A program made the position numbers and the translations under genes. DNA of 64,000 bases from Candidatus Thorarchaeota archaeon (GTDB taxonomy: Archaea > Asgardarchaeota > Thorarchaeia > Thorarchaeales > Thorarchaeaceae): assembly GCA_029858305.1 (NCBI GenBank), contig JAOUFI010000003.1, positions 1-64,000 of the forward strand, given 5' to 3'. Shown here in pieces: positions 37,173-46,871 of this stretch (its first letter is position 1; every line of letters starts with the position of its first letter). Below the pieces are notes generated by a model. It ran no database searches. It was not told where the DNA came from and was given only the letters and a program-made list of their open reading frames with translations.

Positions 37173-37841
37173 GTGAGCAATACCAGACTGATATTTCTCG
37201 CAGTAGCAGCAGTGATATCATTACTCTATGTCTACATGACATGGATCTTTTCCCCGCCAGATGCGATACTTGGAGAAAACGTTCGCATTTTCTTCCAGCA
37301 CATTGCACCCGCTCTTGTCGCATACGGATTATTTGGAGGGACGTTACTGTGCGGAGTGATGTATCTGTGGAAGGGAGATCTAAAATATGACATCATCGGA
37401 GCAGTATCAATCAAACTTGGACTGTTGTTCACTACGATTACCCTATTGAGTGGAATGTTGTGGGCTAATGCAGCATGGCATTCACCTTGGAATTGGGATC
37501 CCCGCGAAACGACCACTCTCATCTTATGGATTGCATATGCATGTATTCTGGCATATCGAGCTTCTGTAACCGATAGGGAAGCGAGAGCTCAATTTGGTTC
37601 CATTTTCGGAATTGTCGCGTTCCCGATGGTGTTATTGAGCTATCTTTCAATTCGAATATGGAATACTCTTCATCCAATCGTAATTGATGAATCTGGATTC
37701 CATATGGGAATCGAACACATGATGACTCTGTTCGTAGCTATGATTGCTGTCACAATGATTGCACTGATTATGGTCGAGCTAGCGTACAAAGTTGATTCAG
37801 CATATGAAAAGTTGATGAGAATAAGAATGTCAAGGAGTTAA
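37173..37841 (+). CDS. ccmC: Heme chaperone/exporter CcmC
   Basis: RIFFQHI, GMLWANAAWHSPWNWDPRET (WWD), TLHP. Confidence 0.92.
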   Translation: MSNTRLIFLAVAAVISLLYVYMTWIFSPPDAILGENVRIFFQHIAPALVAYGLFGGTLLCGVMYLWKGDLKYDIIGAVSIKLGLLFTTITLLSGMLWANAAWHSPWNWDPRETTTLILWIAYACILAYRASVTDREARAQFGSIFGIVAFPMVLLSYLSIRIWNTLHPIVIDESGFHMGIEHMMTLFVAMIAVTMIALIMVELAYKVDSAYEKLMRIRMSRS

Positions 37842-37845
37842 GAAT

Positions 37846-37986
37846 ATGCAACAGTTTGAACTATTCATCGTAGCCACAATATTTTGGGGTGGTATTTTCA
37901 TTTTCCTATTATACCTTCTAATGAGAATGGCTGGAATCGAGAAACAACTCAAAGTTGTAGAAGCACAGATCGATGGAGAACAATAG
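37846..37986 (+). CDS. ccmD: CcmD-like small membrane protein (46 aa; below the ORF-track cutoff)
   Basis: MQQFELFIVATIFWGGIFIFLLYLLMRMAGIEKQLKVVEAQIDGEQ: one TM helix plus a charged tail, exactly between ccmC and ccmE, preceded by AAGGAG. Confidence 0.7.
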   Translation: MQQFELFIVATIFWGGIFIFLLYLLMRMAGIEKQLKVVEAQIDGEQ

Positions 37987-37988
37987 AA

Positions 37989-38375
37989 ATGAGAAAGAAA
38001 ACTCGGATGGCACTTGTTGCAGTCATCTTGGTAGTTACTATTAGTATTGTCGGATATCAAATGTTGAATCTTTATGTCGACCCCTACCTGAGTGTAGATG
38101 CCGTAGTCGAGCATCCTGAATCATTTATGGGTCGTACAATACAGGTCAAAGGAGAGCTTCAGGCAGGATCTCTGACCATTGGTCAAGATAATGTGACATT
38201 AGTATTAGTGGGAGATAATCACACGATCATAGTGCTGTTGCTAGGTGAAGTTCCTGATATGGTGGATGGTCAAGATATTGTTGCGATTGGTACGCTAGAA
38301 TCAGCCACTCTCATAAGAGCAACTCAGATTCTAACTTCATGCCCAAGTAAGTACGAAGCCCCAACTACAACATAG
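37989..38375 (+). CDS. ccmE: Heme chaperone CcmE, CxxxY variant (system I*)
   Basis: N-terminal TM, OB-fold-like body, C-terminal TSCPSKYE. The true start is ATG 37989. Confidence 0.9.
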   Translation: MRKKTRMALVAVILVVTISIVGYQMLNLYVDPYLSVDAVVEHPESFMGRTIQVKGELQAGSLTIGQDNVTLVLVGDNHTIIVLLLGEVPDMVDGQDIVAIGTLESATLIRATQILTSCPSKYEAPTTT

Positions 38376-38380
38376 AGAGT

Positions 38381-39007
38381 CTATTTCCATTCATCCCCAA
38401 AACGAGCCTTATGACCAGGAGGTCTCGGCTCATGCAACCAAGGAACTGGTTCTTTCACTAATATTGATGCCAACTGTGCAACACGTTTTCCCATCTGTGA
38501 TGCCATGGCCATCGCCTCAGTGTCTGCCCTGATATCACCAGGATTCAATGCGAATCCAATTGGCCAATAGACGCCGCCAGGTAGAATCATTTCTTTCACC
38601 ATCATATAGAAGATAATTGTAGATAGAGAATGATCCACACCAGACCTCCGACCTACGGCAAACCCACAGCCTACTTTTCCTTCTAAATGAAGAAATCTAC
38701 CTGTTCGGTCTATTAAATTCTTCAAAGGTGTAGCTACAGAAGCGAAATGGTCTGGAGAACCAAAAATAATACCATCAGCAATTGCCATTCTTTCTGCAAC
38801 CTGATTCAGATCATCATCTTGGACACATTTGCCGAGTGGAGTGCATTCGTTGCAATGTTTGCATTCTCTGATATCAAGGCTTGCAAGGCCGATGAATTCA
38901 ATCAATGCATCTTCCTTTCTTGCAGATTCAAGAGCAGTTTCAATGAGTGTTGATGTATTGCTATTTGTTCTAGGGCTGCCAGAGATTCCAAGAATTCGTG
39001 TTTTCAA
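38381..39007 (-). CDS. Iron-sulfur flavoprotein / flavodoxin-like (NADPH-dependent FMN reductase family)
   Basis: GISGSPR...NT, CKHCNEC....CVQDDD, ADGIIFGSP. Confidence 0.88.
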   Translation of the reverse strand: MKTRILGISGSPRTNSNTSTLIETALESARKEDALIEFIGLASLDIRECKHCNECTPLGKCVQDDDLNQVAERMAIADGIIFGSPDHFASVATPLKNLIDRTGRFLHLEGKVGCGFAVGRRSGVDHSLSTIIFYMMVKEMILPGGVYWPIGFALNPGDIRADTEAMAMASQMGKRVAQLASILVKEPVPWLHEPRPPGHKARFGDEWK

Positions 39008-39376
39008 ATCAGGTACCTCGATGTTAAAGAATTCGGTTCAAAGGCGTACTTAATTGTTGTTTTTTAATCCGTATATTGTTATTGAGTACGAAAAGTAACT
39101 ATAGCAGGTTCTATGTGCAAAAAAAATTACATTCTGTAAAGAAATCATGAATGAAAACAGCCATTATTGAAAGAAATGTGAAAATCGCCTTTTTGACCTT
39201 TGAGCGCTTCCGACTTTTAGTGGAAACTAAAAAATCAACCTTTGGAATAAGAGAAAGCTTCTGGTTTCTTGGGATGGGGGAAATTGCCCATCTCGTCCTA
39301 ATAAGGAGGTGCAAATTGACTTGGCGATGCTATTATTAGAGAGTCAGATAAATCTAAAAGAAGTAGGGAAGCCACT

Positions 39377-41977
39377 TTGACCAAGCAAACTCCTATGCAG
39401 CGGCAGTATCTTCAGCTGAAGAGACAATACCCAGACTGCATACTAATGTTCCGTCTTGGCGATTTTTATGAGATGTTCAATGAAGATGCAAAAGTGGCTA
39501 GTAAAGCACTTGACATTGTTCTCACTGCACGAGGAGAAGGAGTCAATCGTTGGCCTTTATGTGGAGTTCCCTATCATGCTGTAGATGGATACGTTGCCAA
39601 ACTACTGCAACAAGGCTTTACCGTAGCCGTTGCAGAGCAGGTTGAAGATCCCTCACAGGCCAAGGGTCTTGTAAAAAGGGATGTTGTAAGAGTAATAACT
39701 CCAGGCACTGTTCTTGAGAGCTCTATGCTTGAAGATTCATCAAATAACTATCTGACAGCAATGATCGAGGAGGGTGGTATCACAGGAGTTGCATCTGTCG
39801 ATGTTTCCACCGGGGAATTCCTTGCAGCACAAATAGAAGGTTCTCTAGACAGCGAAGCAGTGATGAATGAGATTGGGAGGCTGGGGCCTTCTGAAATTTT
39901 GCTGCCTGATGGATTGGCGAAGTCAAGTATTTGCAAAGTTTTGCAAGAAACTGGGATTCATATAACATTAAGAAATGCTCTAGATTTCTCAGCATCGAAT
40001 GCTGAAGATTTGCTTAAAGAGCAATATGGAGTTTCCATAATCGATGGCTTTGGAATTGCTGACAAACAGATAGCTCTTGGAGCTGTTGGAGCTGTGCTTG
40101 TGTATCTACAAGACGTTCACAGAACAAGTAAGATCTCTCTCTCAGGACTCAGGACTTATACTGTCGAAACCCACATGGTCGTAGATAGCCAGACCCAGAG
40201 AAATCTAGAGCTTATCAAAAACGCTAGAGATGGAACTCCGCGCGGCACACTTCTCAGTATATTGTCAAAGACAGTCACACCTATGGGAAAACGCAAATTA
40301 AAACAATGGATTCTACAGCCACTAAGAGATGTTGCAGCAATTGAGATGAGATTGGATGCTGTTGAGGAGTTGGCACGAAACGCGCTTATTCGGCAAGGGA
40401 TTGCAAGCAGCCTCAGAGATGTTGGAGACCTTGAGAGAGCAACAAGTAGAATTGTCTTTGGAACATCTAGTGCAAGAGATCTCCTCGGACTGAGAAATTC
40501 TCTATCCAGACTACCAGCGTCTAAAGAAGCTCTTGCATCATGTTCGAGTAAGATGATGAGGGATTCCGCGAATTCTATTGATCCCTTAACTGAGCTTCAT
40601 CTCACGCTCAAAGAAGCCATTCTGGATGATCCTCCTGTCTCAGTTAGAGATGGTGGGATGATTAAGAAAGGATTCAGTCGGGACCTTGATTCTTTGAAGG
40701 AAACAATTTCATCTGATAAAAAATGGATAGCATCGCTTCAAGAAACTGAGAGAAGAAGAACAGGTATTAAATCGTTGAAGGTCGGATTCAATAAGGTCTT
40801 TGGTTACTACATTGAGATCACTCGTTCGAACCTCAACATGGTGCCTGAAGAATATGAGAGAAAACAGACGCTTGCCAATGCGGAGAGATTCATTACACCT
40901 GAGCTCAAGGAGAAGGAATCTGCAGTTCTCGCAGGAGAGGAGCGTATCAATAAACTCGAGTTTGAAATCTATGAGGAACTACGAGAAAGGGTTCGAGAGG
41001 CATCAGCTAAATTACGTCAGAATTCCAATGCAATAGCTATTACTGATGTCTTGGTATCTCTATCTGAAGTTGCTGTAACGAGAAGATATTGCCGACCATC
41101 TCTTAAGACAGACACTCGGATTAAGATTGTAGATGGCAGGCATGCCTCACTAGAGGTGATGCTTGGTCCGAATGAGTTTGTGCCAAATAGTATTGAGATT
41201 GGTGATGGTGGTACTACGCTAATTATCATCACAGGTCCAAATATGGCTGGAAAATCAACTTGGATGAGGCAATGTGCCATCATCGTGCTCCTTGCACAGA
41301 TGGGTTCCTTCGTACCCGCTAAGAGTGCTGAGGTAGGTCTCGTCGATAGGATTTTCACTCGAGTCGGAGCGTTCGATGACCTCACAGCGCGTCAGAGTAC
41401 TTTCATGGTTGAAATGATAGAAACAGCGAATATACTCAATAATGCCACTGAGAAAAGCCTAGTCATCCTTGATGAGATAGGTCGAGGGACATCGACTTTT
41501 GATGGAATGGCTCTGGCTTGGGCAGTCGCTGAACGCATTATTCAAATGAGAACACGTACCCTCTTTGCTACTCACTTCCATCAACTCACCGATATGGCAG
41601 CACAGTTTCATGGTGTAAAGAATGTGCATACCTTAGCGAAAGAGTCAGGGGACACAATAATATTCATACATAGAGTTGTGGACGGTGGAACGGACAAGAG
41701 CTATGGAGTCCATGTTGCCGCTCTAGCAGGAGTTCCTGAATCGGTCGTGAAACGAGCTAGTCAAATCCTCCAGAAGATTGAGAAGGAGAACAGGCTCACT
41801 GTGAGAGATACTATCCCTGATTTTAAATCGACAGAACAGACTAGCTTAGAGTCCTTAGTTATAGAGGACCCTCTTGTTGATAGAATAAGGCACATAGATC
41901 TTGATAGAACTACTCCAATCGATGCACTTATGCAATTGAGGGAGATACAAGAGGAAGCAAAGAAAAGAAAGGACTGA
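39377..41977 (+). CDS. mutS: DNA mismatch repair protein MutS
   Basis: TPMQRQY, FRLGDFYEMF, TGPNMAGKST, STFMVEM, DEIGRGTST. Confidence 0.97.
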   Translation: MTKQTPMQRQYLQLKRQYPDCILMFRLGDFYEMFNEDAKVASKALDIVLTARGEGVNRWPLCGVPYHAVDGYVAKLLQQGFTVAVAEQVEDPSQAKGLVKRDVVRVITPGTVLESSMLEDSSNNYLTAMIEEGGITGVASVDVSTGEFLAAQIEGSLDSEAVMNEIGRLGPSEILLPDGLAKSSICKVLQETGIHITLRNALDFSASNAEDLLKEQYGVSIIDGFGIADKQIALGAVGAVLVYLQDVHRTSKISLSGLRTYTVETHMVVDSQTQRNLELIKNARDGTPRGTLLSILSKTVTPMGKRKLKQWILQPLRDVAAIEMRLDAVEELARNALIRQGIASSLRDVGDLERATSRIVFGTSSARDLLGLRNSLSRLPASKEALASCSSKMMRDSANSIDPLTELHLTLKEAILDDPPVSVRDGGMIKKGFSRDLDSLKETISSDKKWIASLQETERRRTGIKSLKVGFNKVFGYYIEITRSNLNMVPEEYERKQTLANAERFITPELKEKESAVLAGEERINKLEFEIYEELRERVREASAKLRQNSNAIAITDVLVSLSEVAVTRRYCRPSLKTDTRIKIVDGRHASLEVMLGPNEFVPNSIEIGDGGTTLIIITGPNMAGKSTWMRQCAIIVLLAQMGSFVPAKSAEVGLVDRIFTRVGAFDDLTARQSTFMVEMIETANILNNATEKSLVILDEIGRGTSTFDGMALAWAVAERIIQMRTRTLFATHFHQLTDMAAQFHGVKNVHTLAKESGDTIIFIHRVVDGGTDKSYGVHVAALAGVPESVVKRASQILQKIEKENRLTVRDTIPDFKSTEQTSLESLVIEDPLVDRIRHIDLDRTTPIDALMQLREIQEEAKKRKD

Positions 41978-42015
41978 TTACTGTCTTTAATTGTAAATCA
42001 CAAACCCATAATCCA

Positions 42016-43419
42016 TCAGCCAGTTTCTATGGCTTTCTTTGGAGCCCTTAGCTCTGCTTCAAGTTCTTCAATGTTCACTCTTGGTTCTATGCTCTTGGTC
42101 GCGAGTATTCCAAGTATAACAAAGTTGAGAATAATAGCTCCAAGTATTAGCGGGATACCTTCGTAATATGTATAGATGAAACCTGAAAAGATAGGTGCAA
42201 TTGTACCAACAAGCAGGACTAGAAGCGTTGACAGCCCCAGCATCTTCCCTAAGTCTGCTCGCGGCAGGGATTTCTGGATATAGGCACCCATAGTGGTTGC
42301 CCAGAGATTGTCATTTGTCGATTTCATCGCCGTGGCAATGAACGCAAGCGAGAGAATTACTCCGAGACCGGGATAGATGCTATCAAGCGTGGCAACCCAT
42401 TCCACTGGTGCAACATATTTTACATATTGTGCAATGATCAAGAGACCAAGTGCAAGAGGCATCACAGAATACACTGCAATTGTAATTCTCTTTCCACCTT
42501 TCTTATCAAATGAACGTCCGAGTAGAAGTGTTAATGGTACAGACAATGCAAGGGTGATCAGCATCATGAGGAAAATCTGACCAATATTAAACTCCAGAGT
42601 TTCATTAACATAGAATAAGCTTGAGAAACCATACATGTTATCACTCAGGGCATCTATCATCATAACTGCAACAAAGATAGGAAACACTCTAATCAGTAGT
42701 TTCAGGCCTCGCTTACTCTCTGAAATAAAATCCCTGATGATTGATGCGTTTCGATCCCTCTCTGGTATTGGGGTTGATTCCAACCATATCAACCGAATAA
42801 TGGTAGTAGCTAGGAATCCAACTGCACCGATAAAAAAGATCGTTCGCATTATCTGAATAAATGCCCATCCATTGTTGAACATTATACCCATGGCTAAGAG
42901 AGGACCTAGACCGAATAGAGCTCCCAGAGTGAAAAGACTGACCGCGACCCCTCCATATTTTCTATCGATGACTTGATAGATGTAAGCAGTACCCCCTTGA
43001 CCTGTAAAGTTTGACGTTGCAAGTGTAAGGAGCCCCATTGCAACAATCTCGATTCGATCAGCAAATGAGAGAATGAGAAAACCAATCCCGTTTATCACCA
43101 TGGTAATGATCGCGAGGTTTCTACGATTGTAGTTATCTGCAAGATAACTTGCAACCAGTGTCCCTATGAGCGTCACTATGGTCATTGAAGAAAAGAGAAT
43201 ACCTAGAATGAGGTAGGGGATTCCCAAGTCTCGAAGAAAGAGACTCAGGAAGTTCCAAACAACATTTAGACTTGCCATTATCCAGTTTGTTATTATGAAG
43301 ACTCTGAAGTTCTTGTTTGCCATCAGACTCCTGACTGAGTGACTCCAAGAATCATCGGCAACTTGCTCAAGAGGTACTTGGGGAGTTACTGTAGTCACAT
43401 CAATCGGGTCTTCGCTCAA
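42016..43419 (-). CDS. MFS transporter
   Basis: ~12 TM helices, YLADNYNRR and GRSFDKKGGK motif-A-like loops. Confidence 0.85.
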   Translation of the reverse strand: MSEDPIDVTTVTPQVPLEQVADDSWSHSVRSLMANKNFRVFIITNWIMASLNVVWNFLSLFLRDLGIPYLILGILFSSMTIVTLIGTLVASYLADNYNRRNLAIITMVINGIGFLILSFADRIEIVAMGLLTLATSNFTGQGGTAYIYQVIDRKYGGVAVSLFTLGALFGLGPLLAMGIMFNNGWAFIQIMRTIFFIGAVGFLATTIIRLIWLESTPIPERDRNASIIRDFISESKRGLKLLIRVFPIFVAVMMIDALSDNMYGFSSLFYVNETLEFNIGQIFLMMLITLALSVPLTLLLGRSFDKKGGKRITIAVYSVMPLALGLLIIAQYVKYVAPVEWVATLDSIYPGLGVILSLAFIATAMKSTNDNLWATTMGAYIQKSLPRADLGKMLGLSTLLVLLVGTIAPIFSGFIYTYYEGIPLILGAIILNFVILGILATKSIEPRVNIEELEAELRAPKKAIETG

Positions 43420-43537
43420 AAGATTTCATTCTTCCATGGTGGCTGTTTTCTTGCTTAAGATAATCAAATTGACTTATGCAAGTTTAATGAATATGATGAT
43501 GAAGGCATCGAGATGAGTGCGAAATACACAGAATCGT

Positions 43538-44680
43538 TTATTTTGCCGAAAGAATTTCATGTGCTTTCTTTAGTTGCTCTATAATGTCAATACCTTGTGG
43601 ACACTTCTCTAAGCACTCTCCACATTCTTCACACGCAGAAGCATCCTTTCCTTGAGCCCATGGAGTTTTGCCAATCGTTGAATAATAGGATTTTGCCTTT
43701 GCCTGATCCCCATAGATCTGATAGCGTTGCAACGATTCAAAAATGAAGTTGATATTGACTTCATTTGGACAAGGTTGACAATACTTGCATTGAGTACAGA
43801 CAAGGTCACACAACTCTTTGAATCTCTTTGCAATACCGTCAATTGATTTCTTTTCTGTCTTAGTTAGTACATTATAATCAGCACTCGAAGTGATGCTTAG
43901 GTTATCATTCAGCATATCGCCAGAGCCCATTCCTGATAGTGCAACTGAAACATTCGGATTACTCAGAACAAACTTGAACGCCAAATCCACGTAATTCTCG
44001 CGTCCGGGTGTCAGCCACTCCTTCATTTCTTCTGGCAGATTTTTTCCTGCAAGACGCCCACCACCTACAGATCCCATAGTCGCTACAGCTAGACCTTTTC
44101 TACCTGCATAATTGATCATCTCATGATTGACTTGGTCCACTATATTGTATTGCACAAGCATTAGCTCAAAATACCCAGAGTCAATAATTTCTTTTAGAAC
44201 TTCAGGCGTATCATGGAAGGAGAATCCTAGATGCTTTATTTTTCCATCCTCTTTTGCCTTCATGGCGCGTTCCAGTAAATTGAGTCCCAGCACCTTCTCT
44301 TCAAACGTCTTTTTATTTAAGGCATGAAACAAATAGAAATCCACGCTCTCTTCATCTAATCGTTGAAGCTGTTCATCCAGATACTGATCAAAGTGCTCCT
44401 GCTTTGTGAACTCCTGCCGACCTACAGGGCATTTAGTTACCAGCGTGACACGTTCGCGATACCCATCTTTTAATGCCATTCCCAAGACTACTTCGCTTTC
44501 ACCACCGTGATAGGTCCAAGCAGTATCCACATACGTAATACCATTGTCAATTCCTTTTCGAATTAGCTTAATAGCTTCTAGTCTATTGATTTTACCATCT
44601 TCAGTTATTGGAAGACGCATACAACCAAATCCAAGTGCTGATACTTTAGTTCCTAGTTTTCCCAGCATTCTATATTGCAT
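43538..44680 (-). CDS. Aldo/keto reductase with C-terminal 4Fe-4S domain
   Basis: LGFGCMRLP, DTAWTY, GFSFH; CTQCKYCQPCP and CEECGECLEKCPQ. Confidence 0.92.
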   Translation of the reverse strand: MQYRMLGKLGTKVSALGFGCMRLPITEDGKINRLEAIKLIRKGIDNGITYVDTAWTYHGGESEVVLGMALKDGYRERVTLVTKCPVGRQEFTKQEHFDQYLDEQLQRLDEESVDFYLFHALNKKTFEEKVLGLNLLERAMKAKEDGKIKHLGFSFHDTPEVLKEIIDSGYFELMLVQYNIVDQVNHEMINYAGRKGLAVATMGSVGGGRLAGKNLPEEMKEWLTPGRENYVDLAFKFVLSNPNVSVALSGMGSGDMLNDNLSITSSADYNVLTKTEKKSIDGIAKRFKELCDLVCTQCKYCQPCPNEVNINFIFESLQRYQIYGDQAKAKSYYSTIGKTPWAQGKDASACEECGECLEKCPQGIDIIEQLKKAHEILSAK

Positions 44681-44939
44681 GTTTTTTCAACTCGCGAGAT
44701 GTTTTTGCTATGCAACTTGCGCTTGTTAAATTCACGGTTTCTCGTGAGAGTTCATAATAAACCCATCAAGATGTGAATTGAATTCAATTGCAAAAGAAGT
44801 CATTATCCAAACATCGAGCACCTCTTTTTAATTCTTGCCTGGACTGTTTCACAATACACAATAAATGAAAACCAACAGATTTTATTTAGAGTAGGATATG
44901 AGTTGGATACCAAATCATCTGAGAAACACCTAATTTGGA

Positions 44940-45539
44940 ATGAGCTGCTTAGAATGGTTTGGTCATTGGAGGATTGAAAACGTGAGTCCTATAGAGATTC
45001 TTAGTGTGTTAGGCGCCTCTTTTCTCCTCTTCCGAATCTGGCTTGTTGAAATGAAGTTGCCTGATGAACTCCAATTTAGACGTAGATACTTCAGTCGTTT
45101 TTTCTCATATTATACAGGTTTCGCTCTCGTTTTTGGGCTTAGTTTCTATCCGTTTAATGTGATGGTAATGATCGCCTTCCCAATTATACTTGTGACATCT
45201 ATTTGGGACATCAACTTCTACCGCAGGTTCAAGACTCAGACATATTGGACCAAAAACCGTGCTTGGGTGTTAATTGAAAGACTCACTTTACACCCTCCTG
45301 TAGTCATAGTAGCTTTATTCATGATTTTTAATGATGCAAGAAATTACATCCAGCCCCCCAATCTCCTCATGATGATAGTAAGTGCTCTTATCCTCTTTCT
45401 TCCATTCTTCCTACTTGATGCACGGTGGACACGACGTTACAAATGGCCTGAGGCTGTAATTGTAATTGGACTAATGGTCGCATCTGGTGCATCGTTACTA
45501 CTTGCAGAAGCAATTCTTTGGGGTGTTCCATTTTGGTAG
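44940..45539 (+). CDS. Hypothetical membrane protein
   Basis: ~6 hydrophobic segments; overlaps the downstream GT87 gene. Confidence 0.7.
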   Translation: MSCLEWFGHWRIENVSPIEILSVLGASFLLFRIWLVEMKLPDELQFRRRYFSRFFSYYTGFALVFGLSFYPFNVMVMIAFPIILVTSIWDINFYRRFKTQTYWTKNRAWVLIERLTLHPPVVIVALFMIFNDARNYIQPPNLLMMIVSALILFLPFFLLDARWTRRYKWPEAVIVIGLMVASGASLLLAEAILWGVPFW

Positions 45540-46819
45540 CTGAAAGCCAAAAGACATCTGATTCATTCTTGGAATACTTCAAGAAATCTCGGCTACTCAA
45601 AATTGGCCTTGCTTTCAATCTCATTTACTTTGTTGGTGCAATTTTTGGTTTGATTTACTTTTTCTTTGAGGGAACAGTTCTTGAAACTGTCTATACTGTA
45701 GACTTTCGTGTTTTCTATGAGGCTGGCCAAGTATTCATAAGCTCTCCAAGCGAAATCTACTCCGTTAATCCAAATGGATTGCCATTCAGATACTTCCCCT
45801 CATTTGCCGCATATATGGCTATATTCACAGGTATTCCATTACTAACACTCTACTTGATCAACATCACGCTGATGATGATTTGTAATCTGGGCATAGTCTA
45901 TTTTGTATATCAAGTGAGCCAACAAAAGGGAGTATCCACTTCCACAAAGAATTTTGAAAGAACACTTCTCTTTGTTTTCATTGCACCTCAGCACATTGTC
46001 AATATCATGTTTGGACAAATCACACAGCTGGCTATACTTCTAGCATTGATCGTGCTGTTTCTATTGCAGTCTTCAAATCATGACTCGCTGGGGTGGTTTT
46101 TTGTTACAGGTATACTAATCGGACTAGCAGCAACCCTCAAACCTTTCTTTCTAGTATTCATTCCTTTTATGGTTCCAATAACTGCAATGGACAGGGTACG
46201 TTTCAGTGTAGCTTTTAGACAATTAGTTGGAGTAGCTCTTGGATTCATGCTAGTAATGCTTCCAAATATTGTGTATTTCTTCACATACCCTTCCGCATTG
46301 GATGGTTTCATCAGAGTGAATCTTTTTGAAGATCTAACTGGTCAACACAGCACAAGCATTACCAAACTAGTAATAGCCTTTGTACCATTCTCTGACACGA
46401 ATCTATTACAAATTATTATTATTCTAATTTTAGGTGGGTTCCTATTCTTCAGAAGTTATGTCCGGTTTGTCAAGACTCCTCCCAATCAGAAAGATTATCT
46501 AAGACACTTTGTAGAGATGACATTTCTCATTCTTCTTGTCTATCCCGATTCATGGTTTCTCTTTCTTGCTATTTGGTATGCATTCTTGGCGCCATCAATG
46601 CTTCATCTATATAATTCTGATTCAGTTTCAGAAATGAATTTGCGGAAACTAGATTATCTATGGTCAGGTGCAAACAATTTACTAGCTTTCTTTTCTATTG
46701 GGATTATTCTACATTACCTAATACTCGGATTTGACCCAATTATCCCAATATGGCTGACAATCCTATTCATTCTATATGACCGTATCTCACAATTAGATAC
46801 TATTTCTACAACTTCATAA
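45518..46819 (+). CDS. GT-C glycosyltransferase family 87 (DUF2029-like)
   Basis: VDFRVFYEAG, FRYFP, GQIT, LAATLKPF; multi-TM. Confidence 0.8.
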   Translation: MGCSILVAESQKTSDSFLEYFKKSRLLKIGLAFNLIYFVGAIFGLIYFFFEGTVLETVYTVDFRVFYEAGQVFISSPSEIYSVNPNGLPFRYFPSFAAYMAIFTGIPLLTLYLINITLMMICNLGIVYFVYQVSQQKGVSTSTKNFERTLLFVFIAPQHIVNIMFGQITQLAILLALIVLFLLQSSNHDSLGWFFVTGILIGLAATLKPFFLVFIPFMVPITAMDRVRFSVAFRQLVGVALGFMLVMLPNIVYFFTYPSALDGFIRVNLFEDLTGQHSTSITKLVIAFVPFSDTNLLQIIIILILGGFLFFRSYVRFVKTPPNQKDYLRHFVEMTFLILLVYPDSWFLFLAIWYAFLAPSMLHLYNSDSVSEMNLRKLDYLWSGANNLLAFFSIGIILHYLILGFDPIIPIWLTILFILYDRISQLDTISTTS

Positions 46820-46871
46820 TTGGCATACCGTATGATTCTTATCAAAGAATAGCGGATAATCTACGATTGTT

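Noticed and set aside
37884-37988. N-terminal extension of ccmE given by the ORF track
   Set aside because: This stretch is better explained by the ccmD-like ORF in another frame; CcmE begins at ATG 37989 with its TM anchor
39111-39339. Two short overlapping ORFs upstream of mutS
   Set aside because: Mutually antisense, low-complexity, no motifs; probably promoter DNA
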